Positions 12,961 to 26,519 of a DNA stretch of 64,000 nt are shown one piece after another. Every line of letters starts with the position of its first letter. Positions within the stretch are counted from its first letter, which is position 1. This DNA is from Octopus vulgaris (lineage: Eukaryota), in contig OX597820.1 in the NCBI GenBank assembly GCA_951406725.2, positions 71,610,001 through 71,674,000 of the forward strand, in the 5' to 3' direction. The position numbers were made by a program, and so were the translations under genes. Under the pieces are notes generated by a model, which worked only from the letters and a program-made list of their open reading frames with translations, was not told where the DNA came from and made no database searches.

Positions 12961-15389
12961 TATACAGATTGCTGTTTGATACTGACACTGCTTCAATCAC
13001 TAATAACTAAGTCTGATTATTTGAAATTTTTTTGAGAATATAGCATGACAAACATTTGTGAGTATCAAATGGCACCATTGCTTTTCTATTGTAAAAAATC
13101 AAGTTGTTGTAGACATGGCAACTGTACCATGTATAGATGAATATCAATGAAGAGTCGAAGATGAAGGCTAAGTCACATCCTTCTGGCATAGTCTGAAGAC
13201 CTTGTAGTGGGTCAAGTAGTTAAATTGCAAACTCAGTGTAATCTCGTAGAAAAGAAAAGATCCCGACCAACTGGGTCAAGAAAAATGTAGAGAAGTGGAG
13301 GATCTCATGGTTGGGTGGAGGCTAGAATACAAGCACAGAATAGACGAAATTAGTGAGTCTATAGAGAAGCCCTTTGCATGAAGTAGAGTTGATGTCAGAA
13401 ATATACACATGTGTGTGTGTGCATGTGTGCATGTGCAGGTGTTGTTGTTGTACTCTTTTTCCATGCTCATTCATTGGTTAATCATGCAAGCATCAAATGA
13501 ATAGAAATTCATCAATTAAGCAAGATAAGCTGTAAGCCTTGATGAAATTTGAGCAATGATTACCTTAATTTTCAACATAATGTATGTATGCATGTATGTG
13601 AATGCGTAATATAATTTTGTGAGCTGCCATCAAAATTATGTGTAGTAGTAATTTTAGCCAAAGCTGATATAAAATTGTTCTTTCCACAATTATTCTGGTT
13701 TTTCTAATTTAACTGCCTATATTAAATTGATTTATTTCTCTAGGGAATTGATTTAATTCTATAGATAGATACACTAATGATCCAAATTCTCTTCACTATA
13801 AAATAGAAAACAAACTCATGCTTGTGATAATATTTGAAGAAATCAACGAAGCTCAAACAATAGGTGTCAATTAATAGAAAATTTAAATATTTCAAATTAT
13901 AAGAAATGAAAACTATCATATCTCATAAGAGTTAATTATATGAATAAAGATATATGAGACTAATCATTAATCTTAAAATTTTACTGAAAAATAGTTGCAG
14001 AATTTTTTGCTATTAAGACATTTATGGAGTACGGGTATTAAATATAGTTCTCTACTTTTACTTTATAAACAATAACATTTTCAAATGCACGTTTATATTT
14101 CTAAATTTGAAGAAAATAAAAGCAATTATTGCATTATGGACAAATTTAAGTTCACTCTATTCATGCAAAATTAATTAAATATTCATAATGTATAACTAAC
14201 AAAAATCAGAAAATAAACTTTTACTAAAATTCAACCCAAAACTTCATGACTGTTTAATATTCTTTGAGATAGCAAGAGGATGCCATCATTGTTGCTCTTG
14301 TCTGTCTTTTAACATTTATTTTTCAGTACTGAAAAATACTACATGAATATATTAAATTGACTCCCTCTAGCTATTGTTAGTACCAAACATTATTCTTTTA
14401 ATGTCAACATTCTTCAATCAGTTATAGTCACTTTATTCTGTATTATTAATTAAGTTTACTATGAATTCTATCAACCATTATTTGATAACATTTTGTCAAA
14501 AAGTTTCATTGTATTATATTTTAATATCCTCTTTTCTTAGTAGAACTTTATACCTCTAATTCCTGATTATTTTCTTATCTTACAAGAATGTGGTCAATTT
14601 CTCGTGATTACACTCTTTTCATTCTATACATTTCATTTGTGGCATTTGGAGAGTATTTCTTTTATATCGTAAAAGGTGGAGCTGTTCACTTCTCTAGTGC
14701 TGTCTTTTTTCCTCGTTCCTTGGTTTTATGGTTCTTTTCACCATTTTAAAACACTAAAGTTGGCTATCTGTCATGTCCTTCCAAAAGGTAATTTTAATGG
14801 CATTTTGTGAATTATTTTTAGCAAGATATTTGAATCGTTTTTTCTTCTCACCAATAGCACTTGCCTATATACCAATCACCATAAAAATATAAAAATAGGT
14901 GAATATTGAGTATATATATGTATTACCCATGAGGTTTTAGTCTTCTGAAACTGAGTGAAATATGGTCTGTATATTGGTTGAAACTTGCACATTGGAATTT
15001 TTCATTTTGTACAGTCTCTCTTGTAGCAGTTTATGTATAATGATTAATACTGCTTTCTGTGAGACACATGATATATCATATTGTGAGACAGATGATAGGG
15101 CATTTTGCAATCAATTACATATTTATTGATGATAGATAGTTTTATATTCTGAGCTAGAAGAGATAATAGAAAAAAATAACTGTAGTAAGAAAGAGACAGG
15201 AGTTTAGGGAGATTATTATTCTGTTGGTTACAAAAGGTTTCTCTTTCTGCTTAAAAAGAAGACTTTAAAATATTCACGATAAGATAGCTGCTACCATATA
15301 GGGAGGCATTGACTACTGAAAGTTTTCAGTATCTGGAAAGAAATAAGTTGAGCATAATTTGTTAGATGTGCAGTATTTACTCAAAGAAA

Positions 15390-15600
15390 AAAACAACAAA
15401 CACAGTTTAGGTGAGATCATGATTGGGCATCAAAGATATTGATGAATGTTTGCAAGAGAGATGATTGTGGCTGACAGAACATGTGTTGAGAAGTAGTGGA
15501 CAAAAAAATGTCACTAGAAAGGATTCACAACAGAAAAATAAAGAAGCAAGTGGAAGAAGTGATGAGGTCAAATTGACATGTATAAAATGATAAGGAATCA
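15390..15600 (+). mobile_element. Old RTE LINE RT C-terminal fragment
   Basis: Translates to GIKDIDECLQER*LWLTEHVLR..KQVEEVMRSN, resembling the RTE C-terminus (..RLRWYGHVxR..TWxEVV) seen at 35845-36027. Confidence 0.45.
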
Positions 15601-16740
15601 TGATTAGTATATTGTTTATGAAAGATTCAGCCAATCAGTCAGTGTCTAATACATTTTGAAATGATAATGATGAGTCTTCTGGTCTTGCTATCATTCTCAT
15701 TAAACATTCTAAAATACTGAGTTAGATGAACCTCGGCTTACAATAAGAGATAAAATGACACCATCAGAGATAGTTTTAAAATAGTAGAATAGTAATCAAA
15801 AATAAGATAGTTTGGTACCTTAGAGTCTAAAGACTAGAAATTATGAAGATTTTTAACATTAGAAATAATTGCATGCTTTCTAGTATATCAACAACTTAAA
15901 TATGTATCCAGCTCAAAAATAAGATTATCATTCCATTGTCAGACTTGAGAGATGAGCAACTATTCACAGTGAAGAGGACATGATAATGAATTTGTGTATT
16001 CACAATATTTTATTGTGTGTAAGCTTTGGAATAGTCATTCTATTGCTAACTTTTTTGTTATTTTCAATGATCATCTGTTTTAAATACATATATTCAAGAA
16101 ACAGAGTAAAAATGTTTTGCTTCCTATGTAATATATAAATTTGAATTATTGCCGAGTTTCTATTTGGAAGAATTTTTTACATTAAATTTAAACTTCCTTT
16201 CAATGTGATAGGATTATTGTCAATTAATTTTCTGTTGATATTGTATTATCTGTTTATTTTTGTAACCATAAATGATTAACTTCCTGAGAAATTTTGGAAA
16301 CCTGACAAAATTGATTTACAATATAATTTCTATAATATAAACATTATTTTGTAATCTAACTGTCTACGAAAGTTAGTCGAAGCTATACTGCCCATGCTAG
16401 AAGACAAATTAGTGTGGCAGTTTGAATTGTAAATAATATTTTGGATAAACATGCTCTATACTATGCAAACATTTTCTTTATTATTTCTACTTATTTTTAT
16501 GGTGTGAAAAAGTATAGGTAGTGATGCATTGTTTTTTTCTATTTTTTTTTCTTTTCTAATGATGACAATTTACAATAAAACAAATTAACCCAAGGTAGTT
16601 ATAAAGCCATTAAACTATAATGGGATAGTTATACCAATATTTATGTGCTAAATTCAGTGTAAAATTCATAACTCTTTGGTTTATTATTTGCTTTGTTTCT
16701 CCAGTGCAGTGAGAGACATGGTAATTTTGATAGTATATAT

Positions 16741-16955
16741 ATTGGTTTCAAATTTTGGCTCAGGCTCAGCAATTTCAATGGTGGAGTAAGTTGATTACAA
16801 AGACTCCAGTGCTCATTTGGTTTTTATTTTATCAATTTGAAAAGGATGAAAGGCAAAGTCTACCCCAGAAGAATTTGAACTCAGAGCATATAGACAAATG
16901 AAATGCCACTAAGCATTTTGCTCAATATGCTAATGATTCTGCCAGCTTGCTGCCT
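16741..16955 (-). mobile_element. tRNA-derived SINE family B with 16-bp TSD
   Basis: Homologous to 42367-42592; TSD ttttgatagtatatat at 16725-16740 and 16956-16971. Confidence 0.85.
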
Positions 16956-18329
16956 TTTTGATAGTATATATTAATTTTTCAATTGTGTAATTTGTCTAAC
17001 TTTGAAAGGATATATCCATTAATTTTCATAAATCATGTCTAAATAGGTAATCTATCTACTACTTTGACTTACATCTTTTTTCCGATATCTTGAGATGGAT
17101 ACTGCTTTAACATGTATTCTTTGATTTAAAAAAGGGAGAATATTTTATTTCTTTTGATAAAACAGTAAAAAGTATGCAAAAATATATTCTTCTCAAATAT
17201 TCATAAAATAGTTCCAATACACAAGACATACAAAATAGCACTTTTATTTTTAATTGCCAAGATATGCATTATTTTTAACAAAAATGCAGATATGAAACTG
17301 AGTTTCAGTAAAATCCTATTTGATTTGAAAAAGCTATTTCAATTTCCAAATGATGTACAATTTCTGAGAGGCAAGATAAGACATCGTTTTGGTTGATGCA
17401 ACGGTATAAAGTATTGAGATACTGGAAATAATGAATTCAGGTACTTTTTAGATTAGATGCACTAACTTATTCTCCCTTATAATTAGAAAAAATATAATGC
17501 TGGTATGTTTTATTTTGGTAGCAATATTAAATTTTAAATCATATGCTCCAGCAACTTATGCAACTGACCAAATCATCAAAAGTAAGGAGGAAAGGTGTGT
17601 AAAATATTGAGAAATTGAATTATGTAGATAACTTAATTTAAGTTCTTTCAGATCTAAACTCCCTTTCCCCTACCATGAGTTTTGCTGCAATTTAATCTCA
17701 GCAATTTATCATTTTATGCAGGTGATTATAGTCAGCCTGTCTGCATGTGAGTGGGTGTGTACATATGTGCACTTGTGTTTATTTGTGGAAGGCTTGGGAA
17801 TAATCATTTTTGTATAATTTAATCAGGAAGGAGAGAAATGTCTCGAGAATTTTTATGCCCTCTTCAACTGGAAGAAAGTAATCACTTGGTAATATCAATA
17901 CTGATTAATGTTTAATGTGAACTTCCAAAGGTCAGTTATGTTTGAGTTTTGGAGGACATTGCTGTTAATTCTCAATTCATGAAATTATGCATGGCTACTA
18001 GGAAGTTGTTGTGTAGTCCCAGGCCAGCTGTCAGCAAATCAATCCATGATGTATGGTATTCCACCCAACTCATTTCTTTGTGTATCAGGAATAACATTGT
18101 CCAGAGTGTCCTTCCTTTTATAAAATGGAGGGTGTAATTTGAGAATGATGCTATTTCTAATATGCTGAGTAACTGCATAGAGACTGTTTGTGGCTGAGTG
18201 TAAGTGAGCCCTCGGTTGAAAGAATAATATGCTTATGCTTGAGTGGTTTTTATCTGCATGAAAATGCATGTAGTTAGAGATGGCAGTGAGTTGTTCTGGG
18301 TGCTTTAGTTTAAAGAAACAAAAGAACCC

Positions 18330-19620
18330 TCTTAGAATTGGTGATAGTGACCTAACCAACTGGGTAACTTAGATGCCTCAAAGAACCACCACAGTGCATA
18401 TGTTGTAGAGTAATTTGGTGTTAGGTGAGATCTAGGGATAAGTTTTGATCACATGATCTTAAAGGCGAATATATAGTAAGATTGAAACAGTGATCAAAAC
18501 TGAAGATGATGAGGTCAAAAATGTTCAGTCATTAGGTGATTCATTAGCACATATAGAAGACACCCATATATCACATGAAATTCACATCCTTTGTTAATTG
18601 GATGATCTTCATTTGCCAGATCTTTTAAGTTGTTTGATTTTAATGGAAAAGGCACATTGCTACCAGCATACAGTCACATTGACTGCTCTACTTAATAAAT
18701 TGAGAGAAAGAGAGAACAAAAGCTGTAAAGAATATTTTTATACAAAAAATGCATTCATATATGATACTAGAGAGGGTTCTAATAGATGCATTTGTGGAAA
18801 TAATACTAGTGAAGGAAAATAATGATAGAAAAGGCAATAATCATTTATGACTGGTTCCATTAGCTTTGAAATATATATTGGTGGCTATTTTCAGAGGTAA
18901 TTTTTAAAAATTTTTTATAGATCCCATGATTGCATATTTCAGGCAAATAATAGTAATAAAAGGAATACAGGAGATGAAAGAAGTTTACTGAAGATACAGA
19001 AACATATAAGGAACACCTTGCATAGGGATGGCTGTGAGCATACCAAATTATAGTGATGAATAAGCACATTTAGTGTAGTTAAAATCATTTTAATAAGAAA
19101 CTAAAATCCAAAGCATCCATCGGGGTAGGTGGAGACTAAACTGTCACATGCTGAGCATTGTATAGAGATATAATTTGTTTCATTGCAAGGATTTCTTTTA
19201 TGTAAATGAAATGAACACCTCAGGGTGTTTGTTTCAAGCTGTGTTTTTTGGGTTTAAATCTTTAATAATGTGGGGTATATGAAGAACATGCATAAAATAA
19301 AATGTCATCAGCTTAGTAACTTCTGACTATTTGGTGATAAAACATTGTTATAATTATGTGTAGTCAGCTTAGAATTGATGTTAACCTAACCAAGTGGGTA
19401 ACTTAAATGCTCAAAAGAACCATGATATCTTAGAGTATTTTGGTGTTGGGTGAAATTTAGTGATAAGAGTTTGTTTACATGATCTTAAAAGTTAATAGAT
19501 GGTAAAATTGAAATAGAGATCAAATTGACGATCTTCATTTTGTAGGTCTATTAAATCATTTTATTTTAATTGAAAAGGTACATTGTGCCTACTATCAACA
19601 TGCAGTCATATTGACTACTT
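18330..19620 (+). repeat. Diverged local direct duplication (18330-18690 vs 19367-19620)
   Basis: cttagaattg..cctaaccaa.tgggtaactta..gatcttaaa..gatcttcattt..cagtca.attgact is collinear in both copies; the first copy has a ~90-bp extra segment. Confidence 0.8.
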
Positions 19621-22600
19621 CTTTCATTATTGCTTCATTTTAAACATATATTGTTATTCTTTATTTACTTGTCCATGCTTATGATACACAACATCTATCT
19701 CTTACCATTGCTGTGTCCATTTAATGAATGACCTTAAAATCATTTGTTCTAGATACTGATTATAGGAGTCATATGTATTATGTAGCTTAAACTTTATAGC
19801 TTATGAAGAAATCATTTAATGTCCGAAAAACTAGCTTAAGGTTTTATAATAATTAACTGTCATAAAATGGTGAGAGTAATTAGAACCTTCAAGTTAACTT
19901 TGGACTGCTTTTGATAGATTATAATTTCTAGTTGACATTTGTAGTTAGTTTCTGAAAGAAAAATATCCCAGAAGATGAAAATAATTTCAAAAATATTAAT
20001 TCATGAATTAGTTTTAATAAATTGTAACAAAATAAAATACTCTTAGAGTAATGAAGATTCTGTTGTGATATGTATATAAATCAGTCAAGTAAGTTTCTGA
20101 GTTCAAGTCTCATCGAATTTTGTTTACTCCTCATTGACACTCATCTCTGTTGGCTAGAAAAACTTGGGCTGTAATCAGTTGATTTAACTACACACATTCT
20201 ATCAAAATAAAGTGTTTTGTCTAGTAGAAGGAAATGAATATTTTTTATGTTTTATTTTTTTGAAATTGATTTTATTGCTCTGACAAACAAAAATTAAAAT
20301 ATTTCCTTTGTTTCTCAGTATATTTGCTTTAAATATATTAGAAGTTCATGACTAATTAGATTGCTTCAAAGATATATGATATAAAAGTATAGCATTAACA
20401 AATAGTAAAGCTGGATAACTTTAATGGAAACAGAAAATTTAACTTGCAATACAATATAGTTATGGGACTTATCTTATAGAGGTTGAAATGTCAGAGAATT
20501 AGTCTCCATGACTCTAGCTTAATTACCCTTCAGTTGAAGTCTGTGGATTTTATCCTAGGAGCATCACCATTGCAAAGCCAATAAGTCAAGACCTTAAGTA
20601 AAATCCACTTGAGTAATTGTCAGTAGCCCAACTGATAAAACAGACCTGTATTTAATTCAATTAATAATGGTTGTTGGAACATTAAACAATATCAGAAGAA
20701 TTTTCTTTCTGAAATATTTGAAAGAGACACTGTTTGAAGCTGATTGTCACTTTTATTGTTATCTTTGATCTTATTATATAACCCTCTGAAAAATTGATTT
20801 AAAAGAATATTTTCCTTGTAAAGTCATAAAGTTTCAAATAACTACATTTCTCAAAGTATTTCAAGTGTAATTTATAGATTTAATCTGTTTATAATTATAA
20901 ATATTTTGTTCTAGAAAATAGTTTTTATTACAATCAAACATTCACATATTTCAAATCTCCTTACAATAGAATATACCCATTGATTTTTATTTTCTATATC
21001 TCTTTAACTTTGTATAATTTTTGTCTTTTTTTTTTGTTATCAGGTTTAAAGTGAATGAAAATAATATTGCTTGATCACTTGGATTTTTTCCTGTAAAAGA
21101 TAATACATTAGTAGAATGCTTTTGATTAAAATTTATAAAATCAATTGTCATTTTCATCATTAAAAGTCCACTCAAAAATTCTTCAGGTTTATTCATACAC
21201 ATTGATTTTCTATAAAATCCTAAAGAAACTTCAGATATTATCATTAGATATTTTTTCTTCAACTGTTATTACTCAGCAGTCTTATTATATTATAATCAAA
21301 ACTCTTCTTGTTTTCACTTTCATTTTAATTTTTCTTTGTGTAATTTTGTGTTATTGTGTGTGTTAGAAAGATAGAGAAGTAGAATGAAAGTATCACTAAG
21401 CTTTGATCTTTAGTATTTTTGATTTTAGTTGAGATTTTATCATCTTCAAATTCTGTAAATCAGAATGGTAACAGTTAATAGCTTTTGGCAGTATTTCAGA
21501 GTGGTGGATATTTTTTGAAGGAGCTACTGTAAAAGTATATATATATTTGTTGTGCCTTACCTTTATCATATATGAATGTTGTCTAATAATCATACACTAA
21601 CATCTATCTGTATTACTGTTTTGAGACAAATCAATTTTTGAAAAGGTATTTTTCTTGTCCAATGCTGTATTAGTACATTTTCTTAAAGCCAGTAAAATAA
21701 TGGCCTGCCATATGAAATATACTTCATATAATACAATATTTAAAAACTTTGAAACTATTCTCTATACTAATACTACTGATAACATCCAAATTTTTTGCAC
21801 CAAACATTACACTTGTGGATATTAATGCTGGACTACTGATCCCACAATCATAAGTTCAAACTTTACTTTCATTATCCTATTGTGACGACTAATATATAAC
21901 TACACTTGTTTAAAGACATATAATGATTACACAACCTGTTTAACAGTTTGACCTACTCCTTAATGAATGTGAATTTCTTTGGAGAGTGGAAAAAAGTTGG
22001 ATGTAAAACCAAGTAAAATATCCATGTCTATTGTTTACATCATAAGAATGGAGCAATTTTGAAAGATATGAAATAATTGCTTTACCCAGTGGAACTTGAA
22101 ATAGATAAAGCATGTAGAAAATTGGTCCCTGGCAGCCTTTGACCTTTTACCATCCAAGAAATTTTAACCCAGTATTCTAGATGGCATTATTTATAGCTTA
22201 TATACTACAAATCCCATCATTAAAAATGATTTATCCATATATACATAAGTATGTGATCAAGGATGAATTTTACATCTATAATGATTTACTTGAGTTCATT
22301 AAATTAACCTATTGTTATCATTTTGCAACCAAAGCATTTTTGATTTTCATAATAATATTTTTCATATTTGAACATTGAATATAAATGCTAAATCATATTG
22401 CTTCAATTCAGCCATTATATTTTACTTCTTTTCTTTATAGTTATCTTTAAATGATGTTTACCAATTTTATGAATCAAAGAAACAAGTTACTTGATTTCTT
22501 TTTATATTATTTCTTCTATTCTGGAATAAATGTGGGACCTATATCTAAAGTAGAGAAATATGAAAATATAAAGTCTTATTTTGCTAAAGGTCACAATTCA

Positions 22601-22643
22601 TTGTGAGAAAATTGAGCCCAAATTCATAACTTTTGGATCTGTT

Positions 22644-22829
22644 TCTATATTTAAGCGATGAGGAATTATGCACATTATTTACATTATTTACATTCGACAG
22701 ATATTTGTCCTCATCTTCTTTGTTAGTTAACACAATGTTTCAGCTGATATACCCTCTAGCCTTCTTCAGGTATCTTGGGGAAATTTCGAACCTGGGTTCT
22801 CATTCCTAAGGTATTTTTTGATGTTATTA

Positions 22830-22875
<46 letters not shown>

Positions 22876-23177
22876 TGTTGTCGTTGTTGTTGTTATTGTT
22901 CAGGTCACTACTTGGAATCGAACTCGGAATCTTGGGGCTAGTAGCCCGCGCTCTTAACCACTATGTCATGGGCATATGGTGTAGTGATTAAGAGCGCGGG
23001 CTACTAACCCCAAGATAATAATAATAATAATAACATCGAAAAATACCTTAGGAATGAGAACCCATGTTTGAAATTTCCCCAAGACACCTGAAGAAGGCTG
23101 GATGGTATATCAGCTGAAACGTTGTGTTAACAACAAACACGATGAGGACAAATATTTGTCAAATGTAAATAATGTAC
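22644..23177. mobile_element. Head-to-head palindromic element: tRNA-like head + (AAT)n + Penelope-type tail
   Basis: Arms 22665-22970 (minus) and 22971-23177 (plus) are near-exact inverted copies; 12-bp TSD tttggatctgtt at 22632-22643 and 23178-23189; B box GAGTTCGATTCC in the left arm. Confidence 0.85.
23083..23128 (+). ncRNA. Minimal type I hammerhead ribozyme motif
   Basis: Stem I gacac/gtgtt; core CTGAAGA; stem II ggctg..cagct; GAA + palindromic ACGT stem III; cleavage triplet GUU. A mirror copy lies on the minus strand at about 22728-22773. Confidence 0.7.
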
Positions 23178-23925
23178 TTTGGATCTGTTGATCATCTTCT
23201 TAACCACTTAAGTCACTACATCACATCAGTGGAACATTGATATTAGCTATTTTATTTGTCAAGAAGCTTATCAAATAATAAATATGTATGAAACACTGAC
23301 CGAATATGACTTGAGTGATTTGTCAAACCATGCATTAAATATTTGCAATATAGTAAGAGACACAATAATAGCTTAATCATTAAAATATTAGCTTTTAAAA
23401 ATTTTTAAATGCCATCATCATAATTCTGTTCAAATACATCACTTGCTATTAAGGAATTAAATGGGCTTTACACATGCAGGTCTGTTATATTTTAGATATT
23501 TTCTTCAGATTTTAAAATACTGGCATTAGAAATCTACAAACTCTTGAAGGGCTTTTATTGTTTACTTCTTCAACTCTAATTTCAGCTCGCTAGCATTAAC
23601 ATCGCATGACATCAACACTCAATACTGCAGTTTAACATATCATTATTCATTTGTTCATTCATTCACTTGATTTCTGACGGATATCATTGTTGCAAAAGGT
23701 TGTAGCCTACTTCTGTCCTTGCTTCTAGAAATAACAACTAATGTTTACATTGCAATTGAAAAATCATTATGTTAAGAAAGCACCTAATGTTATAATTTTT
23801 ACCTGTGTTGCATAGATCATACTGCATTCATAAGAAATGTTCTCATAAACACCACTGAAGCTCTTCAACCCAGATAACCACAACTAATTAGAGTCTTATT
23901 TTGGGATCTCTGGTTAGCATTAATA

Positions 23926-24906
23926 TCTATAAAGCTGTAATGCGAAAAATTTGTTTGTTTCATTTTGGGATGGGGTCGGATTGGCTCCCAAATTTACATG
24001 GACATGTAAAAAGAGGCAAGGAAGTGACTGGACTAGGTTAGAAACCTCTATCTCAAAAGCTGTGGTTACTAGGGTAACAAAACCCAGACTTTGACAAGTG
24101 TTTCTCGTTTCTCTCTTTCGGATATCCCCCTGTCTTCCTCAATGTCTCTCTCTTTCCTTCCTTCCCTCCACTTTTCATCAGTATCTATAAAGCTGACATG
24201 CAAAAAAGTTGTTTGATTTCTTGGTTGTTTGCCTCATTTTGGGATGGGAACAGTTTAAGGGGCAGTAGATGGGGTCGGATTGGCACCAAAATTTATCCAG
24301 GGGGTAAAATGGGGTGGGCAATGGTGTGAGGAGGGAGGCAAGTCGCTCAGGGCTACTGTTTGGTTGCCATGGTGAGGAATATGGGAAAAGTTGTTTTATG
24401 GGATAAACAGGTTGCACTGTTTGAATAATGGTGGCTTTTCGTGTTGCTGCAGGGGCTAGAGGCAGTTATCTTTAATTGTGGGTGTAAAAATTTGGGGGAT
24501 TTTGGAAAGGGGGGTAAAATTTTTCAACTTTTAAAAAGAGTACATTTTTGCCCTATTTTTAGATTTAATTTTTTCTGTTTGCATTATTTGCTTGACATGA
24601 GTTAAAATGGCATTGTGTTAAAGGCCAAAATTTTAGCTTTCATTTGCATCATGAACTGTCAAAATATACCAGAAAAAGTATCAAATTTCACAAAATTTTT
24701 AGTAATTTTGAATTATTTTTGTGATTTTACGTGCACGCGTAAGAGAAAGCGAGGGAGAGTCCGAGAAAAAGGAAGCATAAGAGAGTGGGAAAGTGAGAGA
24801 GAAAGGAGAGAGAAACAAAGAATGTGGTGATAAGAAACAGAAAAGAAGTAACAGAAAGTAACAACCACACCCTCACCGGTGCATAGAATGGGTCACCTTA
24901 AGCTAG
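23926..24906 (+). mobile_element. Non-autonomous Helitron
   Basis: 5' TC after A, 3' CTAG before T, imperfect GC hairpin ccggtgcatagaatggg about 10 nt upstream of CTAG; the 5' terminus (tctataaagctg..ttttgggatggg..ggggtcggattggc) is repeated at about 24185. Confidence 0.75.
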
Positions 24907-24954
24907 TCTTTTTATAAGAGTAAAAACATGTATAAGGGAGTATGTAAGTTACTT

Positions 24955-25367
24955 TCTATCTTTTACTTGTTTCAGTCATTAGATTGCAGTCATGCTGGAG
25001 CACCACCTTGAAGAAATTTTAGTCAAATTTATTGACTCCAGTACTTATTCTTTTTAAGTCTGGTACTTATTCTATTGGTCTGTTTTTCTGAATTGCTAAG
25101 TTATGGTGATGTAAACACACCAACACCATTTTTCAAGTGGTAGGGGTAGGACAAACACTGACACAAAGACACATACAGATATATATATGTGTATATATAT
25201 ATATACATACACATTGGCTTCTTTCAATTTTTGTCTACCAAATCCACTCACAATGTTGACCTATGACTATTGTAGAAAACATCTGCTCAATGTGCCATGC
25301 AGTAGACTGAACCTGGAACCATGTTATTGGTAATCATACTTCTTACCGAACACCTATACCTGCACCT
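24955..25367 (-). mobile_element. SINE family A, older copy
   Basis: Collinear with 7929-8366, with many CpG-decay substitutions. Confidence 0.8.
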
Positions 25368-25834
25368 ATATCTTTATCATTTGTTGATATTGCTATCGTG
25401 AACTTAACATGTGGAAATGGTAGATGCCATTATGCAGTTGGTTAAACATGTTTCTCTAGATTTGGAGTTGGGTCAAAATATCCCAACTTGCTTGCAGCAG
25501 AGAAAAGTAATTTAGGCTCTTTGTATTAAACAAAGAAGCTTCTTTTATCATTTGTTGAATTATTATTTGAAAATACTTTTGAATGATTAAAACATAGCTG
25601 TAAACAAATTGTTGTGATTTTATTGTTTACTGACATCTATAAAATATGGAAAGAAATATTCACATTACAATGACTCAGCATAATATGGAATGCAGAGCAC
25701 GATTTGCATGCCTAGAATACACGACTGAAATAAATATATAGATACATACACACAGATGCACTCACAAGTGTTTGTATATATATGCGAATGTACGCGCAAA
25801 TACATTTGAAGTACATATGTATATGTGTAAGTAT

Positions 25835-26025
25835 GTATGTATCTATCTATATAGCTAGCTATTTGTCTGTCTGTCTGTCTACCTATCTAACTATCTAGGT
25901 AACTAGCTTGCTTTCTGATTCCATCCATCTATCTATCTATCTATCTGTCTATCTATCTATCTATCTATCTGTCTATCTATCTATCTATCTGTCTATCTCT
26001 CTTTCTCTGTCTCTCTATCTGTCTT

Positions 26026-26088
<63 letters not shown>

Positions 26089-26127
26089 CTCTGTCTGTCT
26101 GTCTGTCTCTCTCGCTCTCGCTCTCTG

Positions 26128-26186
<59 letters not shown>

Positions 26187-26262
26187 CTGTCTGTCTGTCT
26201 ATCTATGCAGCTATCAATCAGCTGTCTTTCTTTCTATTGTTTTTTACACACTGGTACGCATG

Positions 26263-26293
<31 letters not shown>

Positions 26294-26300
26294 ACACTAA
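25835..26300. repeat. Compound microsatellite (TCTA)n/(TCTG)n/(TC)n/(CA)n
   Basis: Directly visible; source of the spurious 130-aa ORF. Confidence 0.97.
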
Positions 26301-26519
26301 ATCTACAAGATTAAAGAGAAGGAAAAATTTGTGAGGTTATTTTAATTTCCACCTGTCTCTTGCAATTTTGTTTTTCATCTTTTTTTCGTTTTTTATTCAA
26401 TTCTATTTTCTCCATCTTTCCTAGTTTTTATGAACACATATTTCTGTGCTATCATGGGTTGGAAGAGTCTCAGTCTTTTATAACATGTTGTTATCACAAT
26501 ACTTAGTCAACCCATACAT

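Noticed and set aside
13050-13400. Possible Penelope C-terminal fragment (minus, ..LHPT..)
   Set aside because: Motif similarity is too weak to call without an alignment.
17950-18330. Possible LINE RT fossil (HSATNSLYAVTQHI..)
   Set aside because: Only vague resemblance to RT domain 3; no second motif confirmed.
22901-23016. tRNA gene
   Set aside because: The acceptor stem does not pair and there is no oligo-T terminator; it is the head of a repeat, not a functional tRNA.
25908-26300. 130-aa LSIY-repeat ORF
   Set aside because: Translation of the (TCTA)n/(TC)n microsatellite.
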